Shown: one piece after another, positions 46,534 to 51,868 of the stretch
Layout of the letters: each line of letters opens with the position of its first letter
How positions within the stretch are numbered: the stretch's first letter is position 1
DNA from: Gemmatimonadota bacterium
GTDB taxonomy: Bacteria > Gemmatimonadota > Gemmatimonadetes > Palauibacterales > KS3-K002
DNA: 51,868 nt
Direction of reading: 5' to 3'
Assembly (NCBI GenBank): GCA_039586795.1
Contig: JBDHJS010000038.1
Coordinates: forward strand, 1 to 51,868
Position numbers and translations under genes: made by a program
The notes under the pieces: model-generated
Told to the model about the DNA's origin: nothing
The model's database searches: none
Seen by the model: only the letters and a program-made list of their open reading frames with translations

Positions 46534-47277
46534 GTGGTTAGCCAATTGCCAGGTAAGATTCCGTGGACCCGAGTGCTTGCTGAAGGCACGGTTATCGTCG
46601 TCTCGATCCTCTTGGCATTCAGTATCGATGCGTGGTGGGAAGGGCGAGGGGAGGCAAGAAGGGCAGAAGAATATCTGGCCCGACTTCGTGCCGACGTGGT
46701 CCAGGACACGGCCAGCATCTCCTATCTGCTAGGTGGCCTACACCGAAAGGAGATTGCGCTCCGCTCGCTCCAAGCGGCCCCGCAGGGTGGGATTGATCAG
46801 ACTGAGGTCGCGTCAGCAGTCATGCAGGCGGAGCAGTTTGGCTGGGGGCAGTTTCAGTTCAGCGGAACGACATTCGAGGATCTGCGGAGCACGGGGAACC
46901 TTAGGCTTATCGTTGATGATGGACTTCGAGCAAGACTTGTGGATTACTACGAAGCGTGGCGCTTGGAGCAGGGGCGAATCGCTCAACGTCGCTCGGGCCT
47001 ACCCTCGATGGTTTACAAGTTGATCCTTATTGATTTTGTGCTGGTCGACTCACTCGGTGTCACGGTCGATGAGAACCGAGCTCTCGATCTACGCACGTTG
47101 GGTGAGGTTAACCGTGAGGATCTGATGGACGCTATCGGTCAGCCATCCTTCCAGCGTGAGATCCTTCACGAGCTGAACTACACCGGCTTCGTTCGTACCG
47201 CCTTGAGCCGTCTCAAAGACCGTGCGCTGGAAATATTGGAGATCTTGCGGAACGCGGATGCCCCCGGCGCACTCTAA
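46534..47277 (+). CDS. Cassette 3: paralogue of cassette 1
   Basis: IPWTRVLAEGTVIVVSILLAFSIDAWW; TTFEDLRSTGNLRLI. Stop codon lies inside the attC R'' box. Confidence 0.75.
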   Translation: MVSQLPGKIPWTRVLAEGTVIVVSILLAFSIDAWWEGRGEARRAEEYLARLRADVVQDTASISYLLGGLHRKEIALRSLQAAPQGGIDQTEVASAVMQAEQFGWGQFQFSGTTFEDLRSTGNLRLIVDDGLRARLVDYYEAWRLEQGRIAQRRSGLPSMVYKLILIDFVLVDSLGVTVDENRALDLRTLGEVNREDLMDAIGQPSFQREILHELNYTGFVRTALSRLKDRALEILEILRNADAPGAL

Positions 47278-47387
47278 CAAACGTTTGCAGCGGGCGCGCT
47301 ATGAACCGGAGCGAACTCTTCTGTATGTGTGCTTCTGCGACGCCGCGACTTTCCTCACGGCGCCGCTGAAACGATGAACCGTTATGG
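47272..47387 (+). repeat. attC site 3
   Basis: CTCTAAC...TTTGCAGCGG...CCGCTGAAA...GTTATGG, 116 bp. Confidence 0.9.
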
Positions 47388-48682
47388 AGTGCTTGACAGC
47401 TTCGAAAGGTGGAGATGAGTTGAGAACCGGGAGTAGCTGGCGTCTAGCTCTGCTGACCCTGGCAGCCATTGGCTGCTCGGAACCGGAAACCACTAATGGC
47501 AGGTTCACTGTCATGGACAGCGCCGGGGTCATTATCACCGAAAGCTCCACCCCAGCCTGGGGACGCGAGGACGGCTGGGTGCTGACGGCAACCGCAGAAA
47601 CAGAGATAGGGCGGGACACCGACGACCCCGGACAGCAGTTTCACGACATTGTGGGAACCACTGGGCTCCCCGATGCTGGGATAGCAGTGGTGGACCGAGG
47701 CTCTCAGATGCTTCGCCTCTTCGACAACGCCGGAGAGCTCGTGGCAACGGCAGGGGGCGAAGGCCAGGGACCCGGTGAGTTCCGCTACATCTGGTCCATG
47801 GCCTGGTCGGGGAGAGACACGTTGTTCGTGATGGACGAAAGCGCCATCGAGGTCTTCTCCACCTCCGGCGACCACCTCGGATCCTATTCCCGGCAAGTTC
47901 GCTCCAGCCTACTGGAGGAGCCGGGCGTGGGCATCAATCCTCTGCTGGTAAACCCAGACGGATCGATCCTGGCCATGGTCTTCGAGCCCCGGGCCGGGCG
48001 CACCCGCCCCATCAATAAACCCTTCCGACCTGCCCAGGGCTGGGCTCTCTTCTTCGCGGGCTTCGACGAAGAGGCCGCGTTCCTAGGGTGGTACCCAGGG
48101 TACCTCCTGGAAAGGATCAAGATCGGATCTGAGACGGTACAGCTGAGCCCACCGTTCCATACCGCCACCTATGTCGCCAGGGGGGCAATCCCGCTGCAAA
48201 TAGTCATCGGAGACTCAGAGGTAGCCGAAGTCAGGGTTTTCGATGCCAGCGGCCGTCTGATACGGATTTCTCGGTGGCAGGGGCACCGCAGAGCAGTCGA
48301 GAGCGGGTGGGTGGAGGCATGGAAAGAGCAGGTTCGCTATGAGGAAGGCGCCCAACGGCAACTTGCACTGCTAGAGGTGGCGTGGTCCCGGATGCACGTG
48401 CCTGACCGGCTACCCCTTTTTCAGGCTCTGGCCGTGGACGCCGAGGGCAATGCCTGGGCTCGGAGGGCCCAAGCTCCCACCGACTCAGTTCTCAGCTACG
48501 AAGTGATCGATGCGGAGGGCCGCTGGTTGGGTACAGTCGACGTTCCGCCTGGCCTCATTCATACCGTTGATCACCCCGTTGACATCGGACCGGACTACTT
48601 CCTCGGCATCTGGCAGGACGATATCGGAATCCAATCCGTGCGGAGATATGGGCTCCTAAAACCCGGAGCCAGCCCTCCATAA
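47384..48682 (+). CDS. Cassette 4: 6-bladed beta-propeller lipoprotein (start possibly TTG 47420)
   Basis: Lipobox AIGC; MDSAGVIITES; GGEGQGPGEF; VIDAEGRWLG. Stop lies inside R''. Confidence 0.8.
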   Translation: MECLTASKGGDELRTGSSWRLALLTLAAIGCSEPETTNGRFTVMDSAGVIITESSTPAWGREDGWVLTATAETEIGRDTDDPGQQFHDIVGTTGLPDAGIAVVDRGSQMLRLFDNAGELVATAGGEGQGPGEFRYIWSMAWSGRDTLFVMDESAIEVFSTSGDHLGSYSRQVRSSLLEEPGVGINPLLVNPDGSILAMVFEPRAGRTRPINKPFRPAQGWALFFAGFDEEAAFLGWYPGYLLERIKIGSETVQLSPPFHTATYVARGAIPLQIVIGDSEVAEVRVFDASGRLIRISRWQGHRRAVESGWVEAWKEQVRYEEGAQRQLALLEVAWSRMHVPDRLPLFQALAVDAEGNAWARRAQAPTDSVLSYEVIDAEGRWLGTVDVPPGLIHTVDHPVDIGPDYFLGIWQDDIGIQSVRRYGLLKPGASPP

Positions 48683-48783
48683 CAAGCGATTGCTGCCGAT
48701 GGGTCTAACTCGAGCGCATCGTCCTTTAGTTCGCGGGCGTGAGCCTGCATCTTGCACCGCAGCAGAATCGCAGGCCGTTAGGC
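48677..48783 (+). repeat. attC site 4 (different sequence family)
   Basis: CCATAAC...GATTGCTGC...GCAGAATC...GTTAGGC, 107 bp. Confidence 0.8.
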
Positions 48784-48990
48784 GGATGCTGAGTGACCCC
48801 GTACTCGCTGGACTTCTCAGCGACGAAGGGGTGATCACAGAAGCGAGCTATCCGGTCCTACGCCTTCACCCGTGAGCGAGTCGATCTCGTCCGTCATCTG
48901 GTTTGGCTATTTCACCGGCAAGGCTACTGGCGCGGCCGCGGCGAGCTGTGTAGTCTGTTCGAGTTCCCTCAACTGCGGAGGTTACTGAAC

Positions 48991-49206
48991 ATGACGAAGA
49001 ACATGGGTACAGTGGATCGTAGCATCCGGATCCTCGCCGCGATCGCGATCGGCATTCTCTACTTCATGAACGTCATCTCCGGCACTGTGGCGATCATCCT
49101 TGGCGTCTTCGCCGTTATTTTCGTGGTGACAAGCTTCATCGGATGGTGTCCAGCCTATTTGCCAATCGGTCTGTCGACTCGTAAGGAGCCGCCACCCGAT
49201 GCGTGA
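48991..49206 (+). CDS. DUF2892 (YgaP-like) small membrane protein
   Basis: KNMGTVDRSIR...TSFIGWCPAYLPIGLST. Confidence 0.88.
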   Translation: MTKNMGTVDRSIRILAAIAIGILYFMNVISGTVAIILGVFAVIFVVTSFIGWCPAYLPIGLSTRKEPPPDA

Positions 49207-49448
49207 GATCGAAGCGGACTCGATCGCCTAGCAGAGGACTCAAACGGACTACAGACATAGAAGAATGCTGAATCCAGGTCAGCTTGTATCTCACTATGAG
49301 ATACTCGAGGAGGAGGGGCGGGGGGCAGTTGTTCGAAAACGGACGGTTGATTCTGGCAGTGGACGGCTGGGGCGGGTTGCATCGGTCTTGCCTGACGCAT
49401 AAGTCATTTTATTGCATACAGTTAAAGATCAGCTCCGTTTGACGGGCT

Positions 49449-49463
49449 TGGCATCCCTCTTGC
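49449..49463 (+). promoter_or_regulatory. Putative sigma54 (-24/-12) promoter
   Basis: TGGCAT-CCCTC-TTGC with exact GG-N10-GC spacing. AT-rich IHF-like tract at about 49399-49427 upstream. Confidence 0.6.
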
Positions 49464-49629
49464 CTTCATCGCTGACACTCTGGGCTACTTCGTGGTCGCG
49501 TTGGGACTGATCGTGGGGGCGATCGCGTTTGGGGTGTGTGGTTACGCGTGGCCAGCCAGGCGATCGGGGAGCGATAGCGAGGCGACGGTTGGAGCATCTA
49601 TCATAGATTGCAGATGTACGGAACGCGTC

Positions 49630-49657
49630 AGGGGCCCGGGTCGAATGGGCCCTTTTT
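49630..49657 (+). terminator. Rho-independent terminator
   Basis: GGGCCC-N9-GGGCCC stem followed by TTTTT on the + strand. Confidence 0.6.
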
Positions 49658-49673
49658 CTATTGCCGATCCAGC

Positions 49674-49946
49674 TTACTTCTTCTTACGTGCGCGGACTTC
49701 GCGGAACTGCGCGTTGACCCTACCGGCGCAGACAGCCATGACGATGGCTTGTGCGGCGCCGATCTCATCTTCGGTGATCCCCTCATCCCTGGCGACGCCA
49801 AGGTAATGTTCCATTCAAGGGTAGCAGCCGATGGCCATGCCGGTGGCCATGTGGATGAGCAGGGTGGTTTTGGGGTCGAGGATGTCGTTGTGGCGCGCCG
49901 AGTCATAGAACTCGGAATAGGCCTGTTTGAGCTTATCGGGCAGCAA
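49674..49946 (-). CDS. AhpD/carboxymuconolactone-decarboxylase-like selenoprotein, UGA 49817-49815 read as Sec, 90 aa
   Basis: RBS GGAGGT, TTG start. Reads MLPDKLKQAYSEFYDSARHNDILDPKTTLLIHMATGMAIGCYP-U-MEHYLGVARDEGITEDEIGAAQAIVMAV...; CxxU sits at the AhpD CxxC position. Confidence 0.85.
49787..49803 (-). promoter_or_regulatory. Bacterial SECIS-like hairpin
   Basis: CCUUGGC-GUC-GCCAGGG stem-loop begins 11 nt after the UGA. Confidence 0.7.
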
Positions 49947-50145
49947 CGGGGTCACCTCCGGTTTCTCGAATTGGCTGTTCCTCTGGAAACTCGTAGCACT
50001 TATCAGTCGTAGTGTCCAGAGCCCGCAACCATGATCGCAATCCTGCGCCCACTCACGAATAAGATGCTGACCACGCGTGTAATGAGGGTCAGTGAAGGAC
50101 AACCCCTTCCCGATTAGCCCCGGGAGCCATCTGCGGACAACTGTT

Positions 50146-51057
50146 ATGAACGCGGTCGAGATAAGAGGCGTGACGAAGACCTTCGGAAAGGTCACGGCGG
50201 TGGACGAGCTATCGCTGAATGTTCCGAAGGGGAGCGTCTACGGATTCATCGGCCCCAACGGGTCGGGGAAGACGACGACGCTCCGGATGATCATGAACAT
50301 CTACTACCCGGACGCGGGCGCAATTCGAGTGTTCGGGGAGGAACTGCGGGGCGCCTGTACGGACCGTATCGGCTACATGCCGGAAGAGCGTGGTTTGTAC
50401 AAACGGATGAAGGTACGGGACGTGTTGCGCTTCTACGGTGACTTGAAGAACGGGGTCGATGTGAAGCGGGAAGTCGATCGGTGGCTGGAGAAGTTCGAGC
50501 TGACGGACTGGGCGGACAAGAAGGTGGAAGCGCTGAGCAAGGGAATGGCTCAGAAGGTCCAGTTCATCTCGACGGTCGTCTCGCGGCCGGAGCTGGTGAT
50601 CCTGGACGAGCCGTTCACCGGGCTGGACCCGGTCAACGCCGATGTTCTGCGAGAGGCGGTGTTGGAGATGCAGGGCAAGGGGGCGACGGTGATCTTCAGC
50701 ACGCATGATATGAACGTCGCCGAGAAGATGTGCGACTTCATCTTCATGATCTTCAAAGGCAAGAAGGTGCTGGACGGGACGTTGGCCGCGATCCAGGAAC
50801 AGTTCGGCAAGGACACGATCCGGATCCGAGCGGATAGGGGAGCGGCTGCTTTCGACGGGCTGCAAGGCATAGAGAAAGTGGGCGACTACGGGCAGGTGCA
50901 AGAGCTGCGCCTGGCCCCAGACCGCGATCCGCAGGACGTGGTCGAGGAAGTTCTGAAGCGAACGCGGATCCAGAGCTTCGAGCTCACCCGGCCGTCACTC
51001 CACGACATCTTCGTGCGCATTGCGGGACCGGAAGCGCGGGAGGTCAACGATGCGTAG
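50146..51057 (+). CDS. ABC-2 exporter ATP-binding protein (NatA/YhaQ-like)
   Basis: GPNGSGKT, LSKGMAQK, ILDEP, FSTH. Confidence 0.92.
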   Translation: MNAVEIRGVTKTFGKVTAVDELSLNVPKGSVYGFIGPNGSGKTTTLRMIMNIYYPDAGAIRVFGEELRGACTDRIGYMPEERGLYKRMKVRDVLRFYGDLKNGVDVKREVDRWLEKFELTDWADKKVEALSKGMAQKVQFISTVVSRPELVILDEPFTGLDPVNADVLREAVLEMQGKGATVIFSTHDMNVAEKMCDFIFMIFKGKKVLDGTLAAIQEQFGKDTIRIRADRGAAAFDGLQGIEKVGDYGQVQELRLAPDRDPQDVVEEVLKRTRIQSFELTRPSLHDIFVRIAGPEAREVNDA

Positions 51058-51868
51058 GGCACTGCGGATCGCGAGGCGCGAATATCTTGCGACGGTACGA
51101 ACCAAAGGCTTCATCATCGGTCTCGTCGTGGCGCCGGTTCTGTTCGGTGGTAGCGCGCTGGCGATGTGGCTGTTGGAAGACCAGGTCGATACGCGGGACA
51201 AGGCGATCGCGATAGTGGATCGCTCGGGACTCGTGGCAGAGACGGTCGAAGCGGCGGCGGCGCGGAGAAACGCGGTGATGGTCTACGACTCGGTGACCGG
51301 CGAAAAGGTACGTCCAGCCTTCATCGTTGAGACCCTGGAACCGAACGACGCGGATCCTGCCGCTCAGCGTCTGGAGCTGTCGAATCGCGTGAGGAGTCGC
51401 GAGCTACACGCTTTCGTCGAGATCGGCGGGAACGTGCTGCATCCGCGTATGGACACGACGACAACCCGGATCGGTTACTATGCGAAGAGCGCGGCGATGG
51501 ACGATGTCCGTCGCTGGGTGGAGCGGCCGATCAACAACCGCCTGCGCCAGCTGCGGCTGTCGGAAGCCGGTGTCGACCCCAGGTCCCACGCCGACATGTT
51601 CGATTGGGTGAGCGCCGGTCCGATGAGCCTGGTCTCGATCGACCCCGAGACGGGAGAGGTGAGAGCGCCGAGGCGAACCAGCGAGGCGGAGGCGATTCTC
51701 GCCCCGTTGGTGATGCCGATGTTGATGTTCCTGTTGATGATGATGGGCGCCGTTCCGTTGCTCAACGCGGTGATGGAGGAGAAGTCGCAGCGGATAGCGG
51801 AGGTGGTTTTGGGCTCGGCGCGGCCGTTCGAGTTCATGCTGGGCAAGGTGATGGGTGGGCTGGGCGTC
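51050..51868 (+). CDS. ABC-2 exporter permease (3' end outside window)
   Basis: MRRALRIARREYLATVRTKGFII...AVMEEKSQRIAEVVLGS...FMLGKVMG; overlaps the ATPase stop. Confidence 0.9.
   Translation, partial: MRRALRIARREYLATVRTKGFIIGLVVAPVLFGGSALAMWLLEDQVDTRDKAIAIVDRSGLVAETVEAAAARRNAVMVYDSVTGEKVRPAFIVETLEPNDADPAAQRLELSNRVRSRELHAFVEIGGNVLHPRMDTTTTRIGYYAKSAAMDDVRRWVERPINNRLRQLRLSEAGVDPRSHADMFDWVSAGPMSLVSIDPETGEVRAPRRTSEAEAILAPLVMPMLMFLLMMMGAVPLLNAVMEEKSQRIAEVVLGSARPFEFMLGKVMGGLGV

Larger units (their letters stand above)
44821..48783 (+). mobile_element. Integron gene-cassette array without integrase (CALIN): 4 cassettes, 4 attC sites
   Basis: Each cassette starts with a GTT core site and ends with its reverse complement: GTTAGATGGCGTC/GACGCCATCTAAC, GTTAGGCGG/CCGCCTAAC, GTTAGAGT/ACTCTAAC, GTTATGGAG/CTCCATAAC. 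Confidence 0.88.

Noticed and set aside
45598..47387. Repeats as a CRISPR array
   Set aside because: Units are about 115 bp, separated by whole genes and have attC boxes. No cas genes are present.
48777..49233. Fifth cassette ending at CGCCTAGC near 49226
   Set aside because: Only a short, imperfect match with no attC arms following.
49492..49806. 104-aa + strand ORF
   Set aside because: No RBS, crosses a terminator and overlaps the selenoprotein gene antisense.

Overview
GC-rich bacterial chromosome segment. It is probably Gemmatimonadota-like, inferred from four paralogous DSAGVT-type beta-propeller lipoproteins. About 55 CDS, mostly on the + strand, including rsgA (partial), a surE-like gene, lat, an OCD-family gene, a single-chain purL and an ABC exporter. 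No rRNA, tRNA, CRISPR, transposase or integrase was recognised. Main observations: (1) an 885-aa tandem tyrosine phenol-lyase whose two halves have lost complementary active-site residues, so it is predicted to be a single-chain pseudo-dimer with one composite active site; (2) two selenoprotein genes that the ORF track splits at UGA, an exported deiodinase-like protein (FGSYT-U-PPF) and an AhpD/CMD-like protein (C-Y-P-U), each followed by a similar SECIS-like hairpin; (3) an integrase-less integron cassette array with four attC sites right after purL, plus a decayed array of the same attC family at 1.3-4.5 kb; (4) a reductive dehalogenase homologue with an N-terminal membrane anchor; (5) non-coding structure: a ~255-bp hairpin element, heptamer repeats flanked by C-depleted DNA, and a sigma54 promoter-to-terminator unit with no convincing ORF. 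All family assignments come from motif recognition by eye; no searches were run.
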